A stretch of DNA of 64,000 bases from Octopus sinensis (GCF_006345805.1 NC_043015.1:1302001-1366000); one strand, 5' to 3'. Positions 26,281 to 40,464 are shown, counted from the stretch's first letter. The notes: generated by a model from the sequence alone, not told the origin. Made by a program: numbers and translations.

Positions 26281-26731
26281 AATATAATGTTATCGCTGCT
26301 GGTACAGCATGGTCTAGAATCGAACCTGATCATTAAGCAGAATGTACGTGAGGAAGTGGTTTATTATTAAGTGGTATATTTTCACGAAGTATAAAGGAAT
26401 ATATATGTACCAGTAGTATAACCCGATTCCATTCGGGTTTAATCGGGCCACATTTTAAAGATGAGGAATTTTGCCCAAGAGGTCACGTCTTTCAATTGAG
26501 CAAGCTCAAAGTTGACATGCAAACTCCCCAGCACTTTTAACACAGGTGTGCAAATTTTCAGGTCAATCCGACCATATTTGCTAACAATTTTCAATTTTGC
26601 CTGCACGACTGCTTGTGAGACCACGTCTGCCCTTTTCACAAATATATAATAGATTATCGAATTTGCTCTCCATCTAAATATATGCAGTTATTACGAGTTT
26701 ACTCAAAATAATGTTAAACCGACATTCTGTA

Positions 26732-26771
<40 letters not shown>

Positions 26772-28047
26772 TGGTAAAAACGGTAAGATAACAAAAGAAA
26801 GAAAGATACCTCAATATTATAATCCAGCACTATGCTGTGTACAAACGTTGATTTTTACAGCAAACATAAGAGGGAAAATATAAGCCAAACCTATTCAATG
26901 TGATCTCTCGACCTTCTTGTAATTACAGCCTCTAATTCAGAAAAATGCTTTGAAAATACGTGACATTTAATAATTTATTTCATTGCATGTAGAAAAGGAA
27001 AGGGTATAACAGGAGAAAGGTTTTCGTTAGACTGATGTATTGATAATATTCACAAGGGCGCGGAGAGATAGATTATCGATACTGAAAATTATTTTATCTT
27101 ATAATTTGTAACTAGTTATAATAAGCCTGCACCGTCATAGAATGGGTTAGTGTTCAAATGAACTATCCAGTTCAGTGGCCTTTGGGAATCCATATGGCTT
27201 TTGGGATTCAATATGGCCTAGGGGATCCATATCAAATATAGTTAAAATTTATCTGCGATTAATTAGTTCTACTTCTACAAAATATTTTTAAATACGATTC
27301 AAAAAAATATTTAATAATATTTTGACGACATTGAATGACATTGAATAACTAGGAGAGTCCATCCGAGAAAAATACAAATCAAAGGGTTCCATCCGAGTAA
27401 CATAGAGATCAATGGGGTCCACAGGTAAAAAGAAAACAAAAAGATTGAGAAACACTTATATGGTTTCTTGAAACATTCGTATTTTACTCCAGATACAAGA
27501 TAGCATTTTTCAGGCATTATTTAGGGACGATTTGGGGATTCCTGCGCTAATGTCGAAGGAAAATTTTAAGCCAGCGGCTTGGCTAGAAGATTAATACCCT
27601 CGCATTGGCACCACATGTTTTCGAGTTCAATTCCACTGCTGATCACTTTAACCAACTGTATTCTTGTATAGCTGCGGACCCCAAGATTTCTATTATTAAA
27701 TTTCGTAGACGAAAATATTGTAAAAGTCATGCTTATATATGTGTATTTATCTTTAATCCCCCATCTCTACTTGAACTGTGTTCCTTGATTAAGCTCTGTG
27801 TCTTGGAGGTTAAGCCATATATCTGATTCACTAAGAAGCAAACTAGAAAGGAAACTAAATGTGTTGCGAACAATTTTTCCCAGTAAATTGTTCAAGGGGG
27901 TAAGCGAGCAACACTGCAACGGTACAGGTATAAAATGGAAGTTAATCAAACGTTCGATGAGAAATTTTTATACTTACTTTCTCTTTTTTTCCTCTTGAAG
28001 AGGAAGAGAAAAACACAGTTGCTTATGAATATTGGTTATTATCCATT

Positions 28048-28185
28048 AAAATTTTGAGACCAGGTCGATTTGCCTTTCATCTTTTCGGGGTCGATGAAAT
28101 AAGTACCATTTGAACACTGGGGTCGATGTGATTGACAAACACCTCTACCAGATATTCAGGCCTTGTACGTGCAGCAGAAAAGGAT
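28048..28185 (+). mobile_element. SINE family A, 5'-truncated
   Basis: CAGGTCGATTTGCCTTTCATCTTTTCGGGGTCGATGAAATAAGTACC...CTGGGGTCGATGTGATTGAC...GGCCTTGT. Confidence 0.85.
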
Positions 28186-29063
28186 TACAAATCAAAATTA
28201 TAGATAGGATTCCTACAAATAAACGGTAAACCCCTTAGGAACATGACGATGAAATTATCGTGGCGTCGATAGCAGACTGGAGTAAGATCACTTCACTGAT
28301 TTTCACATCATATTCACCTTTAATGCCTCTGTGAAATGGATTCATACGTTAGCGAAAATCTTGAAACGGAATTAAAATCAAAACTAGAAAAATGCAATAA
28401 ATTTCAGAAAAATTGGAAGCAAAAGTTCCAGTTTCGATTATTCATTGATGCACGTCACACAGTGTAGCTATGTTATTAATATAGTTTAGAAGCACGTAGC
28501 GAGTCAATATAATTTCCATAAATCTTGTATTCGAAATTATTAGGAAATTTTTTTTTTTCGTTATCATTTTTATTTCATTTTTTTTTTTTTTCGGTAAAAT
28601 CAATAAAAAGCAAAATATTCAAATAAAATACTGATATTTGACAGAAATTTTCGGGAAGGAAATAATTCATTAGATCGAATGCAATACTTGACTGGTTCAT
28701 ATTTTTTCGACGTCGGAAATATGAAACCAAATCGACCTCGGGAAATTTTTTTTTTTTTTTATTACGATATAAAAGAACGAGCAACTAAATACATTAACGT
28801 CTTTTATTCGGCGATCTACCTATCGCGCATCAAAATTGATTAAGAAAAAATAAAAAAAGATTTAGCTTAGACACGACACCATGAATGCATGTATGCGTGT
28901 ATAAAATTTGCCGGTTTCATCGGCCCCAGTTTATGGGTGGTACCCAAATTAACGTTCACAACTATGAAGGTGTATGCGTGAGTATGTATACATATATATA
29001 TATTTACACACACACACACACATACACACACAGATATATATATATAATATAATATATATATAT

Positions 29064-29127
<64 letters not shown>

Positions 29128-30090
29128 CGGAAGAATATTCATAGCGAAGAACCTGAAGGAATTAAGGAATTTAAAAGCATCACTAAAGAATAAGGAACGA
29201 CAGAAACATTATCTTCATAAAATCATTACGCGGAAAATTAGGGCAGAGCCTTTCTTGACAGAGCTTCCCGTTTAGTTGATAGTTCATCTAAGAAGACGTA
29301 CACATCCTTTTTTTTCCAAAAGAATGTATCTCCCATCAGCTTCTATGAAAACCAGGATTTCATTAAGCTGATTCTTTGATAATTAGCTTAGTTTGCATAA
29401 TTGGCGAATAGCGATTATTTAATCGTATCTGCTTCACGCACAACGCTGCTCATATCTGAACAAATGAAGTAAGTTTAAATATTACGAATCCTCATGTGCG
29501 TGGAATAAGGTGTTCAGCACATTCGTTCTATATATACACACACTGTCTAAATAAATACAAAGACATAGATATCTATGTAAGTATGTATGTCATTATTCAG
29601 TTTTATTTGACGATTTCTGGCCAATATATAAAGGGTGGTTTGTAACATAGATCCAAGTGTCCTTCATTGGAATTTCAGCAAAATCGAATGTCAACCAGTT
29701 ATGTATGTATATGTGCAGATTTGTATGATATATTTAATATATGAACTCTCAGGCGTAGACTTCTATATCTAAACATATGTATATATGCGTCAGAGATAAG
29801 CATCTGGAAAGTTTCACAGATATTTACTGTTCCGCTGAAAGCTTGGAATTGAAGTCTTTGAATCAGCTTTCTACTTTCTGGTTTTGAAAAACCTAATGTC
29901 TCAACATTGGTATTTAGAAGTGTTACATATTTCAGTGCCCAAATAAATGCAAGTATAAACCTGAACTTGTAATCGGGACAGAGTGGCTGTATGTGTGTGT
30001 GTGTGTGTGTGTGTGGCTATTCTGTTCAGAACGTAGCAGTGTACGGTATAAAACTCGTCCACAACTTAAGGAGACAATATTTATATATCT

Positions 30091-30303
30091 AGGGCAGGGA
30101 GCTGAGAGGTTCGCTAGCACGCCGGGCGAAATGCCTATCGGTATTTAGTCTGCTGTTACGTTCTGAGTTCAAATGCCGCCGAGGTCGACTTTGCTTCTCA
30201 TCCTTTCGGGGTACGCACTGGGATCGATGTAATCCACTTAATCCCTTTCTCTGTCCTTGCTTGTCCTTAAACGTTTAGCACCCTGCGTGCAATAAAGAAA
30301 TAA
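30091..30303 (+). mobile_element. SINE family A with alternative tail
   Basis: Family A head and core followed by CTTAATCCCTTTCTCTGTCCTTGCTTGTCC...TTTAGCACCCTGCGTGCAATAAAGAAATAA, the same tail type as the copy at 57216. Confidence 0.88.
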
Positions 30304-30611
30304 TTTTTTATCTATCGCCTGAAGAAACCCAACTTAATCGCATAATGCGGGGAAACAGCTACATAATCGAGTATCTGTAAGCCAGGAGAACTACGTTGCG
30401 TAGAAACAATTGTAGTGATTGAAAATAAATGTCCAACAGTATTCCTTCTTGTTTACTCCAAAGTTGTTGAATTATACACACGCATGCACGCACACACACG
30501 CATGCACACACACGCGCGCATGCACACACACACACGCATGCGCAAACACACGCATGCACACACACACACACACTCACACATATATTTTTGTGTATGTTTG
30601 AGTGTTAAAAA

Positions 30612-30901
30612 AGATCACCTTCACTCGTAAATGACCATGGGATTATACCAATAAAATTCTCCTGCAGTGAATTCTCCAACAGCCGCACATACATACCACC
30701 GCCCTCTCTCCACATCACTGCTGGAAAGGGAAAGGCCAATAAAGCTTGGCACCTGTGACGTCGGAAATCATTTCTACAGCTGAGTGAACTGGAGCAATGT
30801 AAAACAGAAATCTTGCCCAAGAACACAACACATCCCGATCCGGGAATTGAACTCACTTCATCATATCTGCGAGCTGAATGCTTTAACCACCGAGCTAAGC
30901 G
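30612..30901 (-). mobile_element. tRNA-derived SINE, family C
   Basis: Minus strand CGCTTAGCTCGGTGGTTAAAGC...GTGAGTTCAATTCCCGGATCGG..GTGTTGTGTTCTTGGGCAAG...GCTCCAGTTCACTCAGCTGTAGAAATGA...GTGCCAAGC; homologous to 59429-59762. Confidence 0.82.
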
Positions 30902-31855
30902 TATATGTAATTATATATTTTATATATTATACATATATGTGATATGTATTTGTGCATCTATCTATCTATTTATCTATATGTGTGTGTATGTGTGTATGTC
31001 TAAATAAATATGTTCCATGTAAATAAATAAATACCTATATATAGAGATATGTTTATATATGTATATACATATGTGTATACAAATACATATACACACACGC
31101 ACGCATACACACATACACACACACTCACACTCACACACACACACTCACACACACATATATGTATATATATACGATATTTGTACGCACGAATGTCTGCGTA
31201 TATACGCTTTAGTATTTTGACACGTAGATATCTTCCCAACATTCATATTCTTTTATTATTAATCTAATTTCTGTGTTATAGAGGTCTATATTAACATATA
31301 TTGACGTATACGCATGCAAATGTTTTTCATATATCAGCTGTACGTGAACATTTTTATTCTGTATAGTATTAAATATTGCTTTTTGGTATCTTAATCCATT
31401 TTACGATTCTTATTTTCTTACAAACGGATTCCATGAGATACTATCAACCAATATCTTATTTGTCACCATAATTTCTGCTAATCCCAAATTTCATATCAAA
31501 AATCATTGATATCTTTCATGCAATTATTGCTGTTGTTGTTATCATTATTGTTGCTGCTGTTGTTGTAAATGTTGTTGTTGTGGTGGTGGTGGTGATGGGT
31601 GATGGTGGTGGGTCTTTTCTTTTGTTATTCTGTTTTGCATTTACCAGCGATAGTGTGGTTGCTGTTGAGATTATTGGAATGTATATAATCTGTTAATATA
31701 TTTGTCTCTCTCTACACACACTAATATATGTCCGTATCAGCATGAGTGCATTTGAAAGCGCAAATAGCATCAGTGCATATATGTGTATATATATATATAT
31801 ATACACACACACGCACACACATATACATATATTTTTATATATATACACACATATA

Positions 31856-31894
<39 letters not shown>

Positions 31895-32085
31895 GTATAT
31901 ATCTATATTATGTATGTGTGTGTGAGTGTGCGTGCATGCGTCTTTTGATAGGAGCAGGTGTGTTGTGTAGTAAGAAATTTGTTTCTCAACTACAGGTTTC
32001 CAGTTCGCTTTCCCCATTCATGTTTATAATATGCATTCTTACATACTTATGACCAAACACACACATACATGTACATGTATATTAT

Positions 32086-32119
<34 letters not shown>

Positions 32120-33167
32120 GTTGTGTGTGTGTGTGTGTGTGGTGTGTGCGTGGTTGTGTTGTGTGTGTGTGTGCGTGTGTGTGTAGATATATGTATGTAT
32201 ATAGATATATATTTATATCTGTATGTATATAAATATATCCATATACATACATATATATTTATATCTGTATGCATGTATGTAGTTATGTATGTATATGTGT
32301 ATGTATGTAGAGATGTATATAGAAGGAGAAATAATATATGTCTATGGCCAAACGTTAAAGAGCCTTCGTTGTGAACCCTGTTGCGGGAGAATCATTCTAT
32401 TTCATGACTATGTACGTGAAGGCAACACACTGCACTAAGAATAAAATCATCGGACTACAGATCACTTGATTCTGCATCGTGCCGTTTCATCAAATAATCA
32501 CCGAATGCATCATTCATAAAGCATGGAGACATGAACTTCTATTTTCAACTAAATCAAAACTCAATAGTTTTCAGCGATATGATAGTGCGCTTCATTTTCC
32601 CAGTGCATGGTTCATTTTAATGTTTTCCTGAATCGGAAGGCTAACATAATCTCACTCACAATGATGGCTTTCGAAAAGATATATCCAAACAAGTAAAACT
32701 TTTTCAGAGTGTTGCCATACAGGAAATATGCAATCAAATTCAAAGGCTATTCTTACTATGTATCTTCATGCAAGTAGCAATCTATTCTGTTAATTAGTGA
32801 ATATTTAAATACCACATCGGCACATTCATACACATACTTCCTGTCCTCGCTTCGCACTTCTATAATTATTCATCATTTGTCTCACTTATTCTGCATCAGC
32901 ATAATACGCACCACATATGTCTCAGCCTATTAAATATATCCATGTCTACACACCTTTAGACTACAAAAAATTTTAAACGATGTTCTTCGAAAAAAGATCC
33001 AACAATAAAAGCCAACTGCAAAATATTTAACTAAAGACCACTGACTCTGTATCTGTCATTTACCAATTTTCTTTATTACCAGTAAATGACACGGCACTAC
33101 TGCATCCCTGCCACATTTTAGAATGAAAACTGATATCATAACATGTATGTAGGTATGTATGTAGATA

Positions 33168-34060
33168 GAGGGTGCGGTGGAAAAAACTGTCGTCGAAATT
33201 TCGCAAAAATGAAGAGAACAATGACATCTCAATTTAACATATATTTACGAAAGTTGCATATAAAATATCTTGAAATACTAAGGAGTAAATTTAATCAATA
33301 AAGTCGCCATTGGCTTCAATTATGGCCCCCAGACGACTTCGGAATCTCCTGCAACTCTTCGGGACTGTCTTCTTGACTAAGTTAGTGAACGCTGCCATAA
33401 TCCTTGTCTTCAAATCATCTTTCGTGTTACAAGGAGTTTCGTTGGTCTCCCGCTCAACTGTACTGCACACACAATAAACAAGGGGGGTTGCAACCTGGAG
33501 AGTTGGGAGGCCAGATGCTAGGAGTGATAAGGTCGAATAAATTTTCTGACAGCTATCACTGTGTTCTCCTGATTGTGTGGCACGGTGCAGATCCTCTTGC
33601 CAGACATAAGGTCTTCCAGCAGCCACCCTGTTGACCCAGGACAGAACTACCTCCTCCGGGCCTTTATGTAAGCCTCCGTCTTGAACCTGAGGCCGTGTGT
33701 GAAGAGGAATGGAGGCATAACATCGACATCATTAGTGATCACTCCAAACACCATGAATTTGATTTAATGTATGATTTTTATCACACACGGTAAATGTTTT
33801 CGTGACACGGCGAGCCAACGGTTCTTCTGTGCTTTCAGCATCATTTTGTATTGGAGCTAACAACGCGAAAGCCCAGCAGTAGTGTATGTCGTTTCAAAAT
33901 TTCTGGAAGAAGCAATCAAATCATGGTGCAATTTGTTCTCACAGACGGTACCCAACTGACCCTACGATACTGTGTAGTCGGCAAAATAAAAAAAAAACAA
34001 ACAACGTGCAAGCTCGAAATTAAAATTATAAAATTGTGAGTATTTACCCATCACACCCTG
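33168..34060 (-). mobile_element. maT/DD37D-type Tc1/mariner element, internally deleted
   Basis: Minus strand QKNRWLAVS...MVFGVITNDVDVMPPFLFTHGLRFKTEAYIK..EVVLSWVNRVAAGRPYVWQ.D.APCHT...SENLFDLITPSIWPPNSPGCNP...VERETNETPCNTKDDLKTRIMAAFTNL..KSCRRFRSRLGAIIEANGDFID*. Degenerate TIRs are TA-GAGGGTGCGGTGG (33168) and CCATCACACCCTG-TA (34060). Confidence 0.88.
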
Positions 34061-34372
34061 TATATATATATATATTTATATACACACACACACACATATA
34101 TATATAGAGATAGATAGATAAGTAGATAGATAGATGCGTAAATATATATTGATATGCAAACACACATACACACACACGCATATACACACATACATTCATT
34201 CATATAGATATCCATAAACAGACGCACATATAAGCTCAAACACAAGCGCGCGCACACATTCGAAAACACACATACATACAACACATATGTACACACACTC
34301 ATACGTACATACATTCACATATATATATGTAAGTATATCCACAACACAAACGGAAATACACGCAAAATAAAA

Positions 34373-34549
34373 TATTCTTTTTCTACTCTAGGTACAAGGC
34401 CCGAAATTTTGTGGGAGGAGCCAGATGACTAAATCGACGCCAATACGCGGCCGGTGCTAATTTATCAACCCCGCAAGTATAACAGGCAAAGTCGACGTCG
34501 GCGGAATTTGAGCTCAGAACGTAAAGACAGACGAAATAATGCTAAGCAT
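34373..34549 (-). mobile_element. SINE family A, 5'-truncated
   Basis: TTCTTTTTCTACTCTAGGTACAAGGCCCGAAATTTT...GGCAAAGTCGACGTCGGCGGAATTTGAGCTCAGAACG. Confidence 0.88.
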
Positions 34550-34808
34550 ACATTTATATGTGAGTGTTTGAGCATTTCCACACGCGTATATGTTTATATG
34601 TATTAGTGGCAACTCAGTACACAGTAACATACTTCCAAATACGTACACACACACACACAAACACACACATACATATAGATACACACACACATACATACAT
34701 ATATATATATATAATATATATATATATATATAACGCGTACCTGTAACTCTTGACTATATGCTTTAAATATTCCTCTCATACGCTTGTGACTCGTATGAAT
34801 ATACATAC

Positions 34809-34880
<72 letters not shown>

Positions 34881-35418
34881 TATATATATATATATTTCAT
34901 GTGTGGTGTTTGTACACACAATCTATCTATTTACCTAATATATATATAATATATATAGCTACATACGTATATCTATGTGTATATATAATAAATATATATA
35001 TATAATATATATACGTATATATCTATATGTATATATATTATATAATATATATATAGATATATATTATATATATATATACTCTCACATATCTATATATATA
35101 TATATATATAGATAGATAGATAGATAGATAGATTCTTTTAGAAATATTTTTTATCTTTCCTACCTTACTCTGGCTTCAATCAGATATTCAGATATAGGAA
35201 TAACTCGATAAGACAGCCCTTATTTTATCATCTTCATGTTGTTATGTCTCTTTTCGTATTTAAACAAATTTCTGCAGGACAGATAATAGTATTTTTTCTT
35301 TAATATCTGTATTTTTGCATTTGCATACGCATCTAATTATGCATTAAAGAAGTGGTATGTTCATGTATGTATTATCCACGCAGGTGTGTATGATTGCATT
35401 TATATATGTAAATAATAT

Positions 35419-35450
<32 letters not shown>

Positions 35451-35452
35451 AT

Positions 35453-35507
<55 letters not shown>

Positions 35508-35513
35508 TATACA

Positions 35514-35562
<49 letters not shown>

Positions 35563-35693
35563 GATATATATATATATATATTATATATATATATATATAT
35601 ATAATTGAAATAAGGGTAGAAATTAATATTAATCAATTAAAACCAGTGGCCTAGCATATTAAAAAAATCCGAAGATTAATATTTTTTACACAC

Positions 35694-35903
35694 AAAATTT
35701 AATGGACTGACCACAAAAAGTGAACGGTCAATATGCTAGATATAGGCGTCAAAATCGCTATTTTCCACGAAGAATGTGTTCTCAAGAAAAAATGGCTTTT
35801 TCTGAGTTTTTCTTGAGAACACATTCTTCGTGGAAAATAGCAATTTTGACGTCTATATCTAGCATATTGACCGTCCATTTTAGTGGTGAGTCCTTTAAAT
35901 TTT
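35694..35903. repeat. Long fold-back palindrome (about 98-bp arms, 15-nt loop)
   Basis: Arms 35694-35791 and 35807-35903 are reverse complements with 6 mismatches and 1 indel; the inner 35 bp are perfect. Confidence 0.97.
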
Positions 35904-35955
35904 ATATATATATATATAATTCTGTATTAAATATAAGCGTATCTGTGCTTAGAGA

Positions 35956-36178
35956 GAACATGTCCTGCCCCTGAGCCAACCGAAGACGCACCAGTAATGT
36001 GAGCACAACCAACACCAAATGCTTAAAATATACCAGATCAGTTGTGAAGGCCATTAAACGATGCCTGTTCAACCATATGTCCTCTTTGAAGAGTCCAGAA
36101 ACCCGATTCGTCTCATCACTGGCCAGCCATGTGTGGTACCTCAGAGATGAAGGGAATCCATAAGATTTCATTTGGAGG
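35956..36178 (+). mobile_element. Penelope-like element, decayed GIY-YIG endonuclease fragment
   Basis: SCP*ANRRRTSNVSTTNTKCLKYTRSVVKAIKRCLFNHMSSLKSPETRFVSSLASHVWYLRDEGNP*DFIW fits CPL...C...NV..(Y.G)...K.R..NH.SS......S.L..HVW.LKD.G..Y...W. A family A SINE tail (36181-36210) is fused behind it. Confidence 0.7.
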
Positions 36179-38357
36179 CACTCTTGTGCCTAGAGTAGAA
36201 AAGATTATTTTCTCTGTATGTCTCTTTCTTTTTGACAATTTCTCCTATGTCCATGGATTTATCACGTTTTATCTCTGTTTATATGTCCCCCATCTCTCTC
36301 TCTCCAGCTCTCTCTCTCTCTCTCTCTCTCCCGCTCTCACTCCCTCTCATGTTTACTTTCATTTTATGATATACACCTATTACGCAGAAATATTAGATTC
36401 CAAATCCTGTTATCTGATTTGGCAAAAATTATAAATCTTAAACCTTCTGTTGAATTATTCTAAAATTTTATCCATTGCTGGAATCTATCGAGAGTTATGT
36501 AAAAGATAATGTATTTTAGTAGCATACTTTTCTGTTATTAAATATGTCCTTTTCTTACACACAGTCACATAAGCGCACGGATTTTCTTACTGTAGAGTGG
36601 GGGACAAAAATTACAAATTTTTTTTATATTATCTAAACGTCATGAATTGTCTACCCTTCCGTGAAGCAAAAACCTTTACTTGTGCATCATCATTCCATAA
36701 AATGTTTTTTATGGAGATAAAGATATTGAAAAGCACCAATGAATATCACAGAGACGAACAAACTAGAAAGGTATCAGGTAGGTGTATGATGTGCTAGAAA
36801 CAACATCTAAATCTCCCTTATATACCATACCTTTATGTAAAAGTCATTTTGAAATTATCTACAGAAACAAATAGCAGAATCGGACCAACATTATTTTAGA
36901 ACTAATTTTTAATAATTTTAACAATAAGCCGAAATTTTAGGATTTATGTTGTTAATGAAAAATGTAAAATCAATTAAACATTTGTTTTTAAATTACAGTA
37001 CATTTACTGTATGAAAATATGGGAAGTGGCGATTGCAATATTGATCGCCGATCCCCAATTTTTCTTCTCTTTTTAATTTTTAACTGCCAAGTTTTCTCCA
37101 TCGTCGTAAAGAGCGTAGTGGAAAATAAACTGTCCAAAATCGTTCTTGAGTGGGGAAAGAATTTTGAAGAAAATCATAAATTCCCAAAATTTTCATATTT
37201 TCAGAGGGTGTGGTAAAAAGAATTTGAAAAATCCTCGTCAAAATGGAAACAATCCAACTTACGCGGACGTACTATTCGAAAAGTCCACCAAAGCATTTAT
37301 TATGAAAATTGCCTTGCAGACACGGAGTACTGAGCTTAGAGTCTGTGTGAGTGTGTGTGGTGGAGCGTTGTAATTTTCTTTTGCTATATTTATATTAATA
37401 TATAAAACATGCCAGTAAGATATCAGTGTTGGTCCTGTGGAGTACGTACTTTATAATCAGCTTAAAAGTACCAAACAACAAAGCATACAGCTGCATAAAC
37501 TTAGATGAATTTAATTTCCTGACTTCAGTCAACGATAGCCTCAACATTGCTTTTCTCTTATCCTAGGAATTCTAAAACATGCTCCATCTAAAAATCAAAT
37601 GCAACATAAAAATGTCCACCGATAATAACCATATATCCACTTTTACTGAATTCGCAAAGCTAGATTTTATATACAACGTAATAAGAAGAAAATTATTCAA
37701 TGTGTCCTTCGATCAACGTGTTGGTTATGCATTTCTTCAGATACATATGTTTCGATGTACTTAATATTCTCATTTTCATATATATTTCTTAAGTAAAATT
37801 CGCTATTTCTTTTCAAAATCTCAACGAAAGCCGAAAGTGTTTCGTGATAATAGCAGAGAAGATTCTGGATTCATCATAACGATTCTGAAGTGTTCAATCT
37901 GAGGTGTGTATTCAAATAACGCCAAAGCTTCACACACACACTTATCCAATTGTTAAAGCAGAGGGAAATTTTAATAATGGCAGATATCGTTTCAACAGAT
38001 TATATAAATTTAATCGCTCTCCCAATACACCCAGTTCCGTGCAGAACCCTGGTTTTGGATGGATATGAATTTATAACGAATATTTACTTATGTATATTTA
38101 TATATGCTACGTAGTTTGTGTGGGTCGGAGTAATGTTTCCTCCAAGGTGTATGCTTGTACATGCTCACGCATTTTACAAATAGCGCACAAGGGGGAAATT
38201 GCGCACACATAATGTTTTGAAGATAAAATAAATTTCTTTATCATTCTGGATGTTAACTAGCTTGGATGCTCACACTTTTCGCAAAGAACAACAACGCTTG
38301 CACACAAGCAACATTTTTCGAACCGCCAATATCAGAGAGAGGATTATTCTGACCACG

Positions 38358-38362
38358 TGATA

Positions 38363-38436
<74 letters not shown>

Positions 38437-38456
38437 GTTATTGTTATTATTGTTAC

Positions 38457-38517
<61 letters not shown>
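38358..38517. repeat. (ATT)n microsatellite
   Basis: Direct reading. Confidence 0.95.
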
Positions 38518-38520
<3 letters not shown>

Positions 38521-39278
38521 TAGTTTTATTTTTAGAGCATGCTTTCACATCCCTACCGAGCGCAGCTCTGTGTGCCTTGGATATGTGCTGTGATTTGTTA
38601 TGATGCTCTGATGGTTACTGTATTGAAAGTGTTTTGCGTTGAATTGAAAGTGCTTTGTTTGTGTGTGTGTATGTTTCACTTGGTTTAATGCTGAAATCCA
38701 GATAGATTTTCCTGCCGGATTTTCCATTCTGCGACTTCAACAACGTCCACCGCTCAATTAGAAATAGCAGAGCGAAACATCTTTTGGATCACAAACAGCA
38801 TCATATTTTAAAGATAACTGTATACATCTGTGTGTGTACATATATAAATGAAAAAAATGTGCTGAATAATATGAACTTACAGTTAAAACTTCTGAAAAAA
38901 GACACGATAACCACGAGGGCAATATATTTGAAAATTGGTCTAAGGCAAAAGAACTGACCCGGGGATGATACAAGCGAACGCAACAACTCATGGAGGATAA
39001 AGAAATTACTTATAAAGTATATATCTGTCGTTTACTGCAATCTATATTATCATCAATATTGACATCCATTCTCATTCTTCATTCTTCCATAATAAAAATG
39101 AGAAAATATTGCGTTATAAATAGCAGACAAATCAACAAACGAGTAACCTTGAAAAATATATTCCTTATCATCGCATTTATAAACGTTATTGTTGTTTTTG
39201 TTTTAGTTGTTGTTGTTGTTATCATTATTATTATCATTATTATTATCATTATTATTATCATTATTATTATTATTATTA

Positions 39279-39324
<46 letters not shown>

Positions 39325-39429
39325 TATTAGTATTATTAAAAATACGTAAATAGATAAACATTGGCACACTATATTTTTAATTACATTGATATTTTTGACA
39401 AACCTACACATGTTTAAGCACCACATGTG

Positions 39430-39449
39430 TAGGGAACACACACACAGTC

Positions 39450-39510
<61 letters not shown>

Positions 39511-39525
39511 CAAATATACATGTAG

Positions 39526-39560
<35 letters not shown>

Positions 39561-39563
39561 AGT

Positions 39564-39619
<56 letters not shown>

Positions 39620-39756
39620 TATATATATATAATATGACTAAATGTATATATGTGTGTGAATGTATATATATATTCATAATTACATATATAGATACATAAC
39701 TATATATATGTAATATATATATATATATATATATATATCTACAAATATGCATGTAG

Positions 39757-39802
<46 letters not shown>

Positions 39803-39881
39803 CTAAATGTATATATGTGTGTGAATGTATATATATATACATAATTACATATATATAGATACATAACTATATATATATGTA

Positions 39882-39950
<69 letters not shown>
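39430..39950. repeat. (TA)n array containing a duplicated unique-sequence block
   Basis: GACTAAATGTATATATGTGTGTGAATG...CATAATTACATATATAGATACATAAC occurs at 39636 and 39801; ACAAATATRCATGTAGAAAT occurs at about 39510 and 39741. Confidence 0.88.
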
Positions 39951-39955
<5 letters not shown>

Positions 39956-40464
39956 GCAGAGAGAGAGACCGTATTGAATCCAGGTATTCATAAGTCTTCT
40001 GTGTCAAAACAGAATAAAAATCACTTCGCTTGAAAGAGAATAAGAGTAACAAGAAATAAATAAATGAAATTCAATTAATAAAAGCTTAGAAAAGACGAAA
40101 AAAATAAATAGTTGCCTAAATGAAATGAAAGCCATATTGAATAATGTAAAATTATAAAAAAAAACAAAAAAAAACGGTAAAAAATATTTCTTAAATTGCA
40201 ATTCTACGAGAAATTTAATGTTGAAATAAAGAAATCAGGCAAAGATATTTAGAAAAAAATAATGGTAATTAATCAATTATAAAACACATGACATTGATTA
40301 TATAAAACAAGCAACATCGAAGAAAAATATGAAATATATGCATACAAGCAGTTTGGCATAGAAGCGGACACACGCAAGCATCCGCACACGCAATCAATCC
40401 ACCCCCGCCCCAAAAAGCAAATGCCAATACACATGATACATACACAAAACTTTATAGCTACACA

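Noticed and set aside
36580-37330. Possible non-autonomous DNA transposon pieces (also 26420-26640 and 28540-28870)
   Set aside because: The texture is suggestive, but I could not identify paired TIRs, target duplications or coding motifs.
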